Shown here one piece after another: positions 11,285 through 26,705 of a DNA stretch of 64,000 bases; within the stretch, counting starts at the first letter, position 1, and the number at the start of each line of letters is the position of its first letter. The stretch lies in the NCBI GenBank assembly GCA_964016885.1, contig OZ024742.1:247938001-248002000 (forward strand). The letters are read 5' to 3'. The translations under genes and the position numbers were made by a program. Origin of the DNA: Eledone cirrhosa (lineage: Eukaryota). The notes below the pieces were generated by a model. The model was not told the origin of the DNA, made no database searches, and saw nothing but the letters and a program-made list of their open reading frames with translations.

Positions 11285-12489
11285 AACGAAGGTATTTAAA
11301 TAGCCGAGCTTATCAAGGGGTAATTCCATATATGGTCAAAGAGATAATCACCAGGATTGGTCACATCACAAGTTAGTAGTAAATCTGTGATGGCAAATTG
11401 GTGGAGGAAGGGGTAGCTAAACCTGCCGGTAGGAGAAAAAGGGAGAGGGGGTGGAGTAGACCCATTCATGCGTTGGTAGTGCCGGCTACAGCTGGGCGTG
11501 AGGTCAAAGAGGATACTGGGGATGGGGAGGAAGTCGAAACGGTAAGTAGAACAATGAAGGGTAAAACTATAAAAAGTACTGAGAGAGAAAAAAAAATAAG
11601 CAAAGTCTGGTTACTAAGACTTAAGTCTCTCGCTATTGCTAGGCTAAAGAAATACATAAATAAATAAATAAACAAATAAGTGAATAAAAGAATAGATAAA
11701 TAAATTTTTTAAAAAATATAATGAAGAATAAAAAAATAAATAATAATAATAAAAATAAACTAGGTGGGATGGAAATAAAGGGACCCTTATACGAGGTATA
11801 AGTGCGTGTATCGTACGGTGAGGGGTCAACAAATGGGGGGCCAAAATATTAAAGACACTACCATTTGCCCCCCATTTGTTGACCCGTCACCGTACGATAC
11901 ACGCACTTATACCTCGTATAAGGGTCCCTTTATTTCCATCCCACCTAGTTTATTTTTATTATTATTATTTATTTTTTTATTCTTCATTATATTTTAAAAA
12001 AAATTATTTATCTATTCTTTTATTCACTTATTTGTTTATTTATTTATTTATGTATTTCTTTAGCCTAGCAATAGCGAGAGAATTAAGTCTTAGTAACCAG
12101 ACTTTGCTTTTTTTTTTTTCTCTCTCAGTACTTTTTATAGTTTTACCCTTTATTGTTCTACTTACCGTTTTGACTTCCTCCCCCTCCCCAGTATCCTCTT
12201 TGACCTCACGCCCAGCTGTAGCCGGCACGACCAACGCATGAATGGGTCTACTCCACCCCCTCTCCCTTTTTCTCCTACCGGCAGGTTTAGCTACCCCTTC
12301 CCCCAACAATTTGCCATCACAGATTTACTACTAACTTGTGATGTGACCAATCCTGGTGATTATCTCTTTGACCATATATGGAATTACCCCTTGATAAGCT
12401 CGGCTATTTAAATACCAGAATAAATTTTCATTCAGTCCAGAATTAGCCGTCGAAACGGCTTGAGCTCAGCCGTCGGGGTCTTACTTGTT

Positions 12490-12494
<5 letters not shown>
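11285..12494. mobile_element. 1.2-kb fold-back element between (TA)n tracts, with HHR-like motif at 12386-12479
   Basis: Arms 11291-11841 and 11868-12416 are near-identical reverse complements. The right arm continues ACCCC-TTGATAAG..GAAACGGCT tgagctc AGCCGTC-GGGGT. Confidence 0.88.
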
Positions 12495-12545
<51 letters not shown>

Positions 12546-13241
12546 ATATATAATAACGAGTTGACGGACCTAGCATATATATCAATGCCAGAACCGGTTG
12601 TATCTTAACGCATTCCATGTTTATATATATATACAAGAGAGACGGTTTTATTTGTACAGCTTCATTTTATTGTCATATTCGTTCTATGTATTTCAAAGGT
12701 AGACAGGTAGTTATATACTAACGACGCTGTACGTTTTCTTCAGATGTGTTCTTCTATCTATTGATATGCTAGTGGTTTGAGGTGATGTTAACCTCACAGT
12801 AGAGTACTTATGTGAATAGTTTCTTATTATAGCAGTTCTATTTGGAGTGGGAGACAGCATCGTTGCTGCCATTGATAAATAAATATATATATATATCACC
12901 TCACTCTCAAGAGCGTGAAATTAATAAACATTCGTTGTACTGCCTCTCTGTCTTGTTCCTGTTTAAATTTTCCATTATATATATATATATATGTGTTTAT
13001 TTATCAAATAACAGATTTCAAGTTTAAGCAAAGAATCGCTGATTTCACCCTTAACGGGGTCTTCACAAACTCTATCCAAGATATACATTTATCCTTATCG
13101 AGCCCTCTTTGGATTTTAGTCTTCAAATTTATTATTATTACTATATATATATATATATATATATAAATATATATATATAAATATATATATTCCTACATAT
13201 ATAAATATATATATATAAAATGTATATATATATATGTAATT

Positions 13242-13272
<31 letters not shown>

Positions 13273-13307
13273 TTATATATATATAATTTATATATATATA
13301 TGTAATT

Positions 13308-13340
<33 letters not shown>

Positions 13341-13368
13341 TTATATATATATAATTTATATATATATA

Positions 13369-13453
<85 letters not shown>

Positions 13454-13759
13454 TACATATGTGTGTGGCCTGCACGTATGGCTGCATATTTGCGTGTGTA
13501 TTTGAGTATATATGTATATTCATGCATGAATATACGTGTGTGTGTGTAACATGAGTGTATATGTGTAACTATGTGTGTGTATAGGTTCATGTATATGTGT
13601 GTGCTTATTTGAGATCGTCTACTTGTGTGTGCTTTCATGTGTGTATGTGTGTCCGTCCGTGCATGTGAGCATGTATGTGTGTGTGCGTGCATGCGCCTCT
13701 GTATTTTACACCTAGCTTCTCAACGCAGTTAAACAATCCGTAACGTTAGTTTGCCATCA

Positions 13760-16700
13760 CCTAAAGCCACTCCACCACAAGAACAACAGCAACAAACAAT
13801 ATCAAGAAACAGCATGACAATCAATGAAATAGCAACAACCACTATGACAATCACGATCATCACAAAGTTAACCAAGGTAACAACCACCACTTCTTCAACT
13901 ACCACAATAACAGCAATTAGCATTTAGACCAGCACCATAATTACCACAACAATAGTTACAATATTACTACGACAATCGCCATTATAACAAACATCAACCA
14001 CACAACAACAACCACTACTGCCACAGTTACCACCATAAAACAATCACCACCCAAAATGATTAACACAGGCAGCACAACAAAACAACAACCACCACAACAG
14101 TTACTATTTAATTAAACGCCACCGCCGCAACAAAAACTACAATAACCAATGCTACAACTCCCACCAACACCACTACCACAAGGACATTAATAGCTAGTAC
14201 CATCTAATCCATTACCAGCAGCAGCACAACACCGAAAATACAACAACAACCAACACAACAGTCACCATTCGATCAAACGCCACCACCACAACAAAAACCA
14301 CAATAACCGAGGCTACAACCTCCATTACAATTACCACAAGGTCATTAACAACAATGACCATTACATCCACTACCACCAGCATCACAACAGTAGTAAGCCT
14401 TCGATCAAACAACAGCGCTACAACAACATTCACCATTCAATCAACCACCAGCATCACAACAATAGTAAGCCTTAGATCAACCACCAGCACTACAACAACA
14501 TTCACCATTCAATCAACCACCAGCATCACAACAATAGTAAGCCTTCGATCAACCACCAGCACTACAACAACATTCACCATTCAATCAACCACCAGCATCA
14601 CAACAATAGTAAGCCTTCGATCAGCCACAAGCACCACAACAACAGTCACCATTCGATGAACCATCAGTGCCACAACTAGACATAATAAGCAACACTTCAA
14701 CTCACAACAAGAGCATTAACAACAATCACAAGTACAACCACTACCACCAGCACCACAACAACAGTCACCATTCTATCAACTAACAACGGTACAACAGCAC
14801 CAGACATAATGACCAACACTACAACTCAAATCACCGCAAGAACAATATCATTATAACCACTATCACCAGAAGCACAACAACAGTCAGGATTCGATCAACC
14901 CACAGCACCACTACAACAATAACCATTACAACCACTACCACAAACGCCACAACAATAGTTAGCATTCGATCAACTAACACCACCACAACAACACATAATA
15001 AACAAAACTACAACACACCATCACAACATCAAGAGCATTGACAACAATCACCATTACAGCCATTACCACCAGCACCACAACAACAACCAACACCACGACG
15101 ACTACCACCAACAACACAACAACAGTCACCATTACAGCCATTACCACCAGCACCACAACACCAATCAACACGACAACGACTACTACCAACAACACAACAA
15201 CAGTCACCATTACAGCCATTACAACCAGCACCACAACAACAATCAACACCACAACGACTACCACCAACAACACAACAATAGTCACCATTACAGCCATTAC
15301 CACCAGCACCACAACAACAATCAACACCACAATGACTACAACCAACAACACAACAACAGTCACCGTTACAGCCATTACCACCAGCACCACAACAACAATC
15401 AACACCACAACGACTACAACCAACAACACAACAACAGTCACCAGTACAGCCATTACCACCAGCACCACAACAACAATCAACACCACAACGACTACAACCA
15501 ACAACACAACAACAGTCACCATTACAGCCATTACCACCAGCACCACAACAACAATCAACACCACAACGGCTTCCACCAACATCACAACAACAGTCACCAT
15601 TACAGCCATTACCACCAGCACCACAACAACAATCAACACCACAATGACTACCACCAACAACACAACAACAGTCACCATTACAGCCATTACCACCAGCACC
15701 ACAACAACAATCAACACCACAACGACTACAACCAACAACACAACAACAGTCACCATTACAGCCATTACCACCAGCACCACAACAACAATCAACACCACAA
15801 CGACTACAACCAACAACACAACAACAGTCACCATTACAGCCATTACCACCAGCACCACAACTACAATCAACACCACAACGACTACCACCAACAACACAAC
15901 AACAATCACCATTACAGCCATTACCACCAGCACCACAACAACAATCAACACCACAACTACAATCAACACCATAACGACCACCACCAACAACACAACAACA
16001 ATCACCATTACAGCCATTACCACCAGCACCACAACTACAATCAACACCACAACCACAATCAACACCACAACGACTACCACCAACAACACAACAACAGTCA
16101 CCATTACAGCCATTACCACCAGCACCACAACAACAATCAACACCACAACGACCACCACCAACAACACAACAACAGTCATCATTACAGCCATTACTACCAG
16201 CACCACAACAACACCAACACCACAACGACTACAACCAACAACACAACAACAGTCACCATTACAACCAGCACCACAACAACAATCAACACCACAACGACTT
16301 CCACCAACAACACAACAACAGTCACCATTACAGCCATTACCACCAGCACCACAACAACAATCAACACCACAACGACCACCACCAACAACACAACAACAGT
16401 CATCATTACAGCCATTACTACCAGCACCACAACAACACCAACACCACAACGACTACCACCATCAACACAACAACAGTCACCATTACAACCAGCACCACAA
16501 CAACAATCAACACCACAACGACTTCCACCAACAACACAACAACAGTCACCATTACAGCCATTACCACCAGCACCACAACAACAATCAACACCACAACGAC
16601 TTCCACCAACAACACAACAACAGTCACCATTACAGCCATTACCACCAGCACCACAACAACAATCAACACCACAACGACTACCACCAACAACACAACAACA

Positions 16701-18840
16701 TTCACCATTACAGCCATTACCACCAGCACCACAACAACAATCAACACCACAACGACTTCCACCAACAACACAACAACAGTCACCATTACAGCCATTACCA
16801 CCAGCACCACAACAACAATCAACACCACAACGACTACCACCAACAACACAACAACATTCACCATTACAGCCATTACCACCAGCACCACAACAACAATCAA
16901 CACCACAATGACTACCACCAACAACACAACAACAGTCACCATTACAGCCATTACCACCAGCACCACAACACCAATCAACACCACAACGACTACCACCAAC
17001 AACACAACAACAGTCACCATTACAACCATTACCACCAGCACCACAACAACAATCAACACCACAACGACTACCACCAACAACATAACAACAGTCACCATTA
17101 CAGCCATTACCACCAGCACCACAACACCAACCAACAGCACAACGACTACCACCAACAACACAACAACAGTCACCATTACAGCCATTACCACCAGCACCAC
17201 AACAACAATCAACACCACAACGACTACCACCAACAACACAACAACAGTCACCATTACAACCATTACCACCAGCACCACAACAACAATCAACACCACAATG
17301 ACTACCACCATCAACACAACAACAGTCATCATTACAACCATTACCACCAGCACCACAACAACACCAACACCACAACGACTACCACCAACAACATAACAAC
17401 AGTCACCTTTACAGCCATTACAACCAGCACCACAACAACACCAACACCACAACGACTACCACCAACAACATAACAACAGTCACCTTTACAGCCATTACTA
17501 CCAGCACCACAACAACACCAACACCACAACGACTACCACCAACAACACAACAACAGTCACCATTACAGCCATTACAACCACTACCACAACAACAAGAACA
17601 TTTACAACAATCAACATCACGACCATTTCCACTAGCACCACAACAACGGTCACCATTCGATCAACCACTAGCGCCACAACAGACATAATAACGAACACTA
17701 CAACTCCCACCACCACTTCAACAAGAACATTAACAACAATCATCATCACAACCACTTCCACCAGCATCACAACAACAACATTCACCATTCAATCAACCAC
17801 CACCAGCACCACAACAACAACAACATACATAATAACCAACACTCCAAATCCCTCCACTACCACCACCATAACAAGAACATTAACAACAATCACCATTACA
17901 ACAACTACACCCAGCACCACAACAGTTATCAGTCACCATCACAACCACTACCACCAGCACTACAACATCAGTTACCATTCAATCAACTAACATCACCACA
18001 ACAACCACAACAGACACAACAACCAACACTACCACTCTCAACACCACCACCACAACAACATTAACAACAATCACCATCACAACACTACCACCAGCACTAC
18101 AACAACAGTTACCAATGAATCAACTAACATCACCACAACAACAACAACAGACACAACAACCAACACTACCACTCTCAACACCACCACCACAACAACATTA
18201 ACAACAATCACCATCACAACACTACCACCAGCACTACAACAACAGTTACCAATGAATCAACTAACATCACCACAACAACAACAACAGACACAATAACCAA
18301 CACTACCACTCCCACCACCACCACCACCACAACATTAACAACAACCACCATCACAACCACTACCACCAGCACTACAACAACAGTTACCAATGAATCAACT
18401 AACATCACCACAACAACCACAACAGACACAACAACCAACACTACCACTCCCACCACCACCACCACCACCACAACAACATTAACAACAATCACCATCACAA
18501 CCACTACCACCAGCACCACAACAACAGTTACCATTCAATCAACTAACATCACCACTCCCACCACCACCACCACAACAACATTAACAACAACCACCATCAC
18601 AACCACTACCATCAGCACTACAACAACAGTTACCATTCAATCAACTAACATCACCACTCCCACCACCACCACCACCACCACCACAACAACATTAACAACA
18701 ACCACCATCACAACCACTACCATCAGCACTACAACAACAGTTACCATTCAATCAACTAACATCACCACTCCCACCACCACCACCACAACAACATTAACAA
18801 CAACCACCATCACAACCACTACCATCAGCACTACAACATC
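13760..18840. repeat. ACA/ACC-rich minisatellite region: 72-bp unit (~14390-14660) and 78-bp unit (~15040-17580)
   Basis: The 78-bp unit accaccaacaacacaacaacagtcaccattacagccattaccaccagcaccacaacaacaatcaacaccacaacgact is repeated about 30 times. Confidence 0.9.
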
Positions 18841-19492
18841 ACACCCGGCATGTTCTTACTCTTTAATCATGACGAAATTTGCTGGCAAAACAATCAAACA
18901 AAAAGAAGTAAGTACATAAAAACAAAAGCAACAGCAATAACAGCAATGACAACAACAACAACAACAACAATGACAGCATGATTAAAAAGTGAACGCAAAT
19001 ATATAAATAAAACAATGCATCTCTCTCTTTCTCTTTCGTGCTTGCTCACACTCTGTCTATATGTGTGTGTACGTGTGAATGTATGCGTGTGCGCGTGTGT
19101 GTGAGAATGCGCGTGTGAGTATGTGTGTGCCTGTGTGTATGTGTGTATGTATGAGTATATGTATGTGTGTGAGTGTGAAGGTGAGGGCGTGCGTGTGTAT
19201 GTGCGTGTATATATGTATGTGTGAGTATATGTATGTGTTAGTATGTATGTGAGTATGTATGTATGTGTGAGTATATGTGTGTTTGAGTGCGTGTGTATGT
19301 CTGTAGGTATGTATGTGTGAGTTCGGGCGCGAGTGTGTGTGTGGTTGGTAATGGTGGAAGCAACGATGAAAATGCTTTGCTAACTCAAATGAACACGGAA
19401 ACAAATGAAGAATTTGGGAAAAATAACAACACTAATAAATAAGTAACAACAAAAACACTTCAACCGCATAAAAAATAAAAATAATGTTAAAA

Positions 19493-19863
19493 ATAATTGT
19501 TTCTACTTTTGGCACAAGGCCGGCAATTACCCAGTGTATTACTGGTACTTTATTTTATCGACCTCGTAAGGATGAAAGGCAAAGTTAACCTCGGCGGGAT
19601 TTGAACTCAGAATGGCAAGGGCCGTAACTCTAATAATGTTAAAAATAATAATGGTTTCTTATATAGGCACAAGGCCAGCAATTTTGGGGGAGGGGAAGGT
19701 CGAGAAAATCGACACCAGTGAGTGACTGGTACTTTATTTTATCCACCCCGTAAGGATGAGAGGCAAAGTTAACCTCGGCGGGATTTGAACTCAGATCATA
19801 AAGGGCCGCAATGTATGCTGTAAAGCATGGCGGCCGACTCTCTACGGATACTGCCAATCCACC
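19493..19863 (-). mobile_element. Two tandem Meta-type SINEs
   Basis: Both have ggatga(a/g)aggcaaagttaacctcggcgggatttgaactcaga. The second includes the head ctctac..atactgccaatcc. Confidence 0.85.
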
Positions 19864-19987
19864 AATAATAAAAATAATAACGACAATGGTTTCTTTATTA
19901 GCCACACACGGCTGATAATAAGCAAACAATAGAGAGGGCACAGCGCAATGTAGTGTAGGTTTTTTTTCTTCAAAAATTGATATAGAG

Positions 19988-20298
19988 CAGGGGTGTGCAA
20001 CAGGCGGCCCGCGGGCCACAATACGGCCCGTCATACCAATCAGAGTGGCCTGCGATGACCGTTTTAATTTTCACCTTGTAGGATTTATAGAATTTTTTTC
20101 GAAACCGTTATACAATTTATGTTATTTGACCTATAATAAGGTCAGTGATAGGTTTAAGCTTGTTATAAGTTCCCAGTTCCATGTTATGGAAAAAGGTTGT
20201 GGTAAATCTTTGGAATAGTGCTTAATAAATATTAATGGCCCTAATAGTGGTTCCAATGTTCGAAAGTACCCCACCATAGAATATGTTGCAAACCCCTG
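19988..20298. mobile_element. Non-autonomous hAT (Charlie/Buster-like) MITE
   Basis: 15-bp TIRs CAGGGGTGTGCAACA / TGTTGCAAACCCCTG, 8-bp TSD ATATAGAG at 19980-19987 and 20299-20306, and subterminal GCGGCCCGCGGGCC. Confidence 0.9.
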
Positions 20299-20688
20299 AT
20301 ATAGAGCATGCCCTTCGCTGTTAGTTGCGTTAAGCACAACCTCCTTACCTAGCTGTCCCAGGAAGCCGCTTCGTGAAGTGAGCAAACTAAAGACTCCGCC
20401 TCCAGATCACTGTCAACAATGAAGTGCCTAATGATAACAACATTAACGATACATGAAAATGTGGGGAAAGAGAAAGAGTAAAAAAACGGAAGAGGAGTGG
20501 GGCAAATGAAAGCCAGAGTCTTACCACAAATGTCAAATATCTTGGAAGGCCAATAACACCAAGAAGGACAATGATAAACACTTTCAACAAAACAGTAAAG
20601 TTACGAGGAAACACGGAAAGGAAAATAGAATAAAATAAAACCATATTTAAAAATATAACTTTGCCATCTTTCCTGAACGATATATATT

Positions 20689-20741
<53 letters not shown>

Positions 20742-20882
20742 TACATATATATATATATACGTGCACACACACACACATATATATATATATATGTATATAC
20801 ATACATATGTGTGTGTATATATATATATATATAAAAATGTATATATATATATATATATATATACATATGTATGTATGTATAT

Positions 20883-20966
<84 letters not shown>

Positions 20967-21098
20967 GTGTGCGTGTGTCTCTCTGTGAGAGAGAGATATA
21001 GAGATACAGGTATGTATACGTGTATGTAGGCAAATAAACAGGTAGCTAGAGCGATAAATAAATAAATAGATAGGTGATGTACTGATAACGTGAGAATG

Positions 21099-21219
<121 letters not shown>

Positions 21220-22270
21220 AAAGAAAAAAAGAATAGGAAGAAGAGAAAAGCAAAGGAAGCCTTACATATATAGGGGGAATGAACTTAAGAGAAGGAGGGT
21301 TGTAGAAAGTGAGAGATATGGACAGGGAGAGGAGAGAGATAGTGAAGAATGAAATATGAGATAGAAGAGAAAAATGAGAGATGAGGTGACACATAGATGG
21401 GGAGAGAAGAGAGAATGAGAGAGAGAGAGTGAGATCGGAGGGACACGACACGATGTGAGAGAGGGGATAGAAAGAAGAGAAAGGATGTGACAGAGAGAGA
21501 GAGATGAGATAGAAAGGAGTGAGAGACGATGCGACAGAGAGAGAAAAGAGAAAGTAAGCGAAAAATAATGAAAAAATACAGTTGATAGAACACATAGTTA
21601 TGTTGAAAACGAAAGTGAAACTAAAATGTGATAGCATCAACGGAATTGGTGATGACGATGTTTGTGCTGGTAGTATTGGTGATGATGTTGGTGTCGGTTT
21701 CAGTGATGTTGGAGGTGTTGGAGTAGTTGTGGTAGTATTGGATTCGGTGATGATGGTGTACGTGGGATTGGTGATGGTGCTGTTGTTCTTTTTGGTAAAG
21801 TGGTTGTGGTAGGGGGGATGCGTAATGTTATAAACGTTGTTTTCACAAGTGGTAGTCTCAATCAAGTTTAGAAGGAACCATTTTTGTTAAGTACACCTTA
21901 AAGCTGTGAGAGAATTGCGAGCAACCTATATAGAAATGACTCGACAAATAATGCAAGTTGCTGCTTTATCTTAACACCTGGGAAAAAAAATACACAAAAC
22001 AATAACAATAAAAAAACAAACAAACAAAGAATAACAACAAAAACATAGACACACTAACTTTGAGACACCGCTTATTCTGTCATGGAGATTAATAGGGTAG
22101 GAACGTAATCACCAAATCACAGACACACATACATATATAGATACAGACACACACCCACATACACATATACACACATATATATATATACACATACACACAC
22201 ACGTACATACACGCACACACACACGCGCGTATACACACACGCACACACACACACATACACACACACACAC

Positions 22271-22304
<34 letters not shown>

Positions 22305-22532
22305 TTGTGAGAGTGGGTGTATGTATATATGTATATATATTTATATATATATACATATATATTTATACATACACACACATATATAAATATATGTATATAT
22401 ATACACATATATTTATACATACACACACACACACATATATATTTATATATATATATAAATATATACATACATACATATATATATACATATATATATATAC
22501 TGTATATATACATATATATATACATATATACA

Positions 22533-22610
<78 letters not shown>

Positions 22611-22635
22611 GTATGTATATATATATATATATATG

Positions 22636-22688
<53 letters not shown>

Positions 22689-23019
22689 TCACATTCCAGC
22701 TTTGCCACAATGACGCCGATGAGTTTTACACAAGTATACACACATATGTACCCACACGCAAATGTATACAGACGTCCGCACACACCGAAACAAATATGCA
22801 CACGCATACATGCTTGCATAGATTGTTCAACTGGCATACTATAACATATACTATTATAAGCAGAAGCATATACAACATACACACAGACATACATATACAC
22901 GAACAAATACTTACACATATACCCGTACGCGTTCATTAACATGTATACGGTTGGATGCTAACATGTGGTGTGAAGTAACTGCCATCAACAAACAGCATTT
23001 ATAAGAATCGTACGACAAC

Positions 23020-23020
23020 A

Positions 23021-23074
<54 letters not shown>

Positions 23075-23148
23075 GCTACTGCTGCTGCTGCTGCTGCTGC
23101 TGCTACTACACCAACTACTACTACTACTACTACTACTACTACTGATAC

Positions 23149-23180
<32 letters not shown>

Positions 23181-23264
23181 TTACTGCTACTGCTACTGCT
23201 ACTACTACTACTACTGCTGCTACTGCTACTAGTACTACTACTACTACTACTACTATTGCTGCTG

Positions 23265-23323
<59 letters not shown>

Positions 23324-23342
23324 GCTGATGATGATGCTGCAG

Positions 23343-23405
<63 letters not shown>
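23020..23405. repeat. (CTA/CTG)n microsatellite
   Basis: Direct reading. Confidence 0.95.
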
Positions 23406-23409
23406 TCAA

Positions 23410-23775
23410 TAATAATTGTTTCTACTTCAGGCATAAGGCCAGCAACTTTTTTGGGGGGGTGGGGGGATTGATTAAATCGACCCTAGTGCATTACTGGTGC
23501 ATAATTTTATCGACCTCATAAGGATGAAGCGCAAAGCTAACCTCGTCGGTATTTGAACGCAGAACGTAACTGTACGTAACTCTATGCTGTAAATACTGGT
23601 GTCTGACGGTCTACCGATACTGCCCTTGTTAATAATTATTTCTACATTTGGAAAGAGGACTGCAATTTCAAAGGGAACAGGAAAATCGATTTCATCGACC
23701 ACAGTATTTAACTGGTACTTTATTTTATCGACCCCTTAGGATGACAGTTTGAGTTAACCTTGGTGGGATATAAAC
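23410..23775 (-). mobile_element. Two Meta-type SINE copies
   Basis: Same tail, central domain and B-box motifs as 19493-19863. Confidence 0.75.
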
Positions 23776-25322
23776 TTGAACAAAAGCCACAGCGAGATGA
23801 AATAAATAAAAAAGGGTGAAACTATCACAAACAATAGATGTAAGAGTAAAATATCAACAAGAAAACTTCCGCTAAATGGGAACTGAATCTTTACACAGAG
23901 TCCTGCATGAAAGTTGCATGAAAGACATTTGAAGTGGATTCGCCAGCCTTTTTCTATCCCTTTAGAGATGTATAGTCGGTGTAGACCCCATTGATTCGTG
24001 TCAGTCACACCTATCTCATCTACCTTTTGGGAAACACACTAGATGACAGCACTTATCTTTTTAACCTCATCCCCCATTCGTGAAACAAATGAAAGCAGCA
24101 CATTTGTTTCTGCCTCCACCTCCCTCTCAAAGTGGGAATAAAATCAGCTTATAAAATATGGGCTAGGAAGGAAGCTCCCAGTCATCAAGACTTCTGCACA
24201 TCATGACATATTTTTCAGGAACGCTACTGAGCAAAACAAGGCTATCTACACAGGTCTGCTGCTAAATAAGCTGTTGGGTCGATGTTCGCTATACATAGTA
24301 GCTGTTTCATTTAAGCCAACAAGTCAGCAAGGCACGGGTACTAGGCCATAATGTGCAGGACCGTACACGTTTTGTTGTTGTTAGTTCAGTTCTTGGCGAG
24401 CTTGTTTCGAACATCGCATATCCTCTTGTATCGATGACATGGCAAGGCGTTTTGAAAATTATGTAAAATCCCTAGCCTGAGGATTTGTGAAAGAGTTTGT
24501 TCAGACGGTCCTCTTTGAAACCCAGAGTGGTTCCCAATATCAGCATCACTTGTACCATCCATTAACTTTCTATTGGATGTCAATGCCATTATTCACAGAC
24601 CGCATAAGGCTGCGGGTAGAGTGATAAAGTTATTTGTAGATGTCGAACCAAATACGGTTTACGCTTGAGTGCAGAAGGAAGTGTCTTACGAAGGTGCTCA
24701 CACCATCTCATATTCACATTCCTTACCATCGTTATTATCAACTCATATGTCAAAATATTTTTGAAAGGCATCCAGAGACCTCTACGACGTAGGTATAGTT
24801 GGCACTCCCTCCCCAGCGGGTACTGTCCCTTTCACAAGAAATGAAGAAGCATGCAATCCAATCTATGTATGTTTCTTGAGATACGGTATGTGGTCAGGCA
24901 GTACTATACTAATAAGGTGATGTAGGGATGTGTTACTTCACTCTGATCTTTGAAGTACAGCTTTCTACACGCTCATTTCTGTTTAGGACAATCTAATAAA
25001 ACATTCTTTCGGTTTCGTTACACTAAATAACCAATCAAGGACTGGATCGAGGACTGGATGTTTGTAATTCCCCCATATTAGTAAAAAATAACGTATTTCT
25101 TGCATTCTGCACTGTTGACTGCCTAAAGATTTTATGCGTAATAAAAGTATGAAGCCAACAGCAGTACCACCACCACTACCATCATCACATGGACCACCAC
25201 CACAGCACCACTAACACCAGCACCACCTCGAGCGCCATTACCACCACCATCACCACCATCCCCACCACCTCAACAACAACAACATCAACAGCATCCAAAC
25301 CAACAACCTTGATTACCACCAC

Positions 25323-25516
25323 GAGGGCGCTGGATTGGCAGTATCGGTAGAGGGTCGGACGCCATGCTTTGAAGCATGGAGTTACCTCCCTTTGTGATCT
25401 CAGTTCAAATCCCGCAGAGGTTAACTTCGCCTTTCATCCTCACGGAGTCGATAAAATAAAATACCAGTAATGCACTGCGATTATTGCTGGCCTTGTGCTA
25501 AAAGTAGAAACAATTA
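25323..25516 (+). mobile_element. Meta-type tRNA-SINE
   Basis: ttggcagtatcggtagag A box, agttcaaatccc B box, gcctttcatcctcacggagtcgataaaata central domain. Probable TSD attaccaccac. Confidence 0.85.
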
Positions 25517-26497
25517 ATTACCACCACCACCTTAACAACATGGCCAACAACCTCGCGAACACCACGTCACCATCACCGCACCCGCTAAAATCATCAACAC
25601 CAACATAACCACAGCAACTCTAGCAACAACAATGCAGCACACCAAAACTCCACCATAAACACCACTAATGCCCTCAACGCCTCGACACCACTACAAATAT
25701 CTTATGTCCTACCACCACCGCTGCCAGGAGCATCATCACCGCCACCACAACCACGAACATACGATACTACAACACCATTTCAACCAACAACCACGTGACA
25801 GCGACGACGACCACAGCTACTGCAACCACAACAAGTATCATCATCACACTCATCTTAAACACAACCGCCACCATCACAACCACCGCCATACCACTTAACA
25901 CCTTACTCCAACAGCCAAACGACGACAACCTCAACCACAACCAACACCATCAGCACCACCACTACCAACACCACCACTGCGACCACTACCACCGTCGCCA
26001 CCACCACCACAACCACCACCACCAACAGCAACAACAACAACACTACCACAATCACCACCAACACCAGCAACACCACCACCACCTACAACGCCAACGCCAA
26101 CGCCAACACCTCCACCACCAACTACAACACCACCACCACCACCAGACCACCACCACCACCACCACCACCACCACCATCACCATCACCATCACCACCACCA
26201 CAATGATACTATGTTAAACAATATGTCAAGTAAGTAGCTACAGTCATGCGCAAATAGTGCAGAGGTTAACACTTGAGATATGTTATTCAAAAGTGAACAC
26301 GTGCATCTGTAATGGTGGTACTGGTGGTGGGCATGGTCGTACTGACACAGTAAGTGTTCTATTGATGTATATTGAAGTGCAGATAGTGCATATTAATGTG
26401 TGCATATGTTGCATTGCAGCTGGTTCCAATGGTGACGGTGATTTATCTATCTATCTATCTATCTATCCATCTATATATATATCTGTCTATCTATCTA

Positions 26498-26631
26498 ACC
26501 CCCCCCCCCTATTGGGGATTTCAATTGTTATTTGTTATTTTATTAATAGTTTTATTTTCATATACCTGTATGTAAACTCCACATTTGTATTTGTCCCCTT
26601 ATTTTGTTCCCTTGTGGCTAATAAAGAAATG
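26498..26631 (+). mobile_element. 3' tail of Tx1-clade LINE within (TATC)n
   Basis: Ends gtggctaataaagaaat+(TATC)n and matches the tails at 32470-32600 and 38112-38245. Confidence 0.8.

Positions 26632-26705
<74 letters not shown>

Noticed and set aside
12685-12748. Minus-strand CTGAAGA..GAAA motif similar to the 61343 family
   Set aside because: Stem I cannot be formed. Probably a decayed HHR, so it is not called.
13030-13070. Minus-strand TGAAGA-CCC..GGG-GAAA motif
   Set aside because: C3 is missing and there is no stem I.
14974-17452. Cys/Gly-rich and Val-rich minus-strand ORFs (keratin- or metallothionein-like)
   Set aside because: Antisense frames of the 78-bp minisatellite.
23780-25140. 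Higher-complexity stretch, possibly a decayed transposon or exon
   Set aside because: I found no recognisable motif in the frames examined. A BLASTX search is needed.
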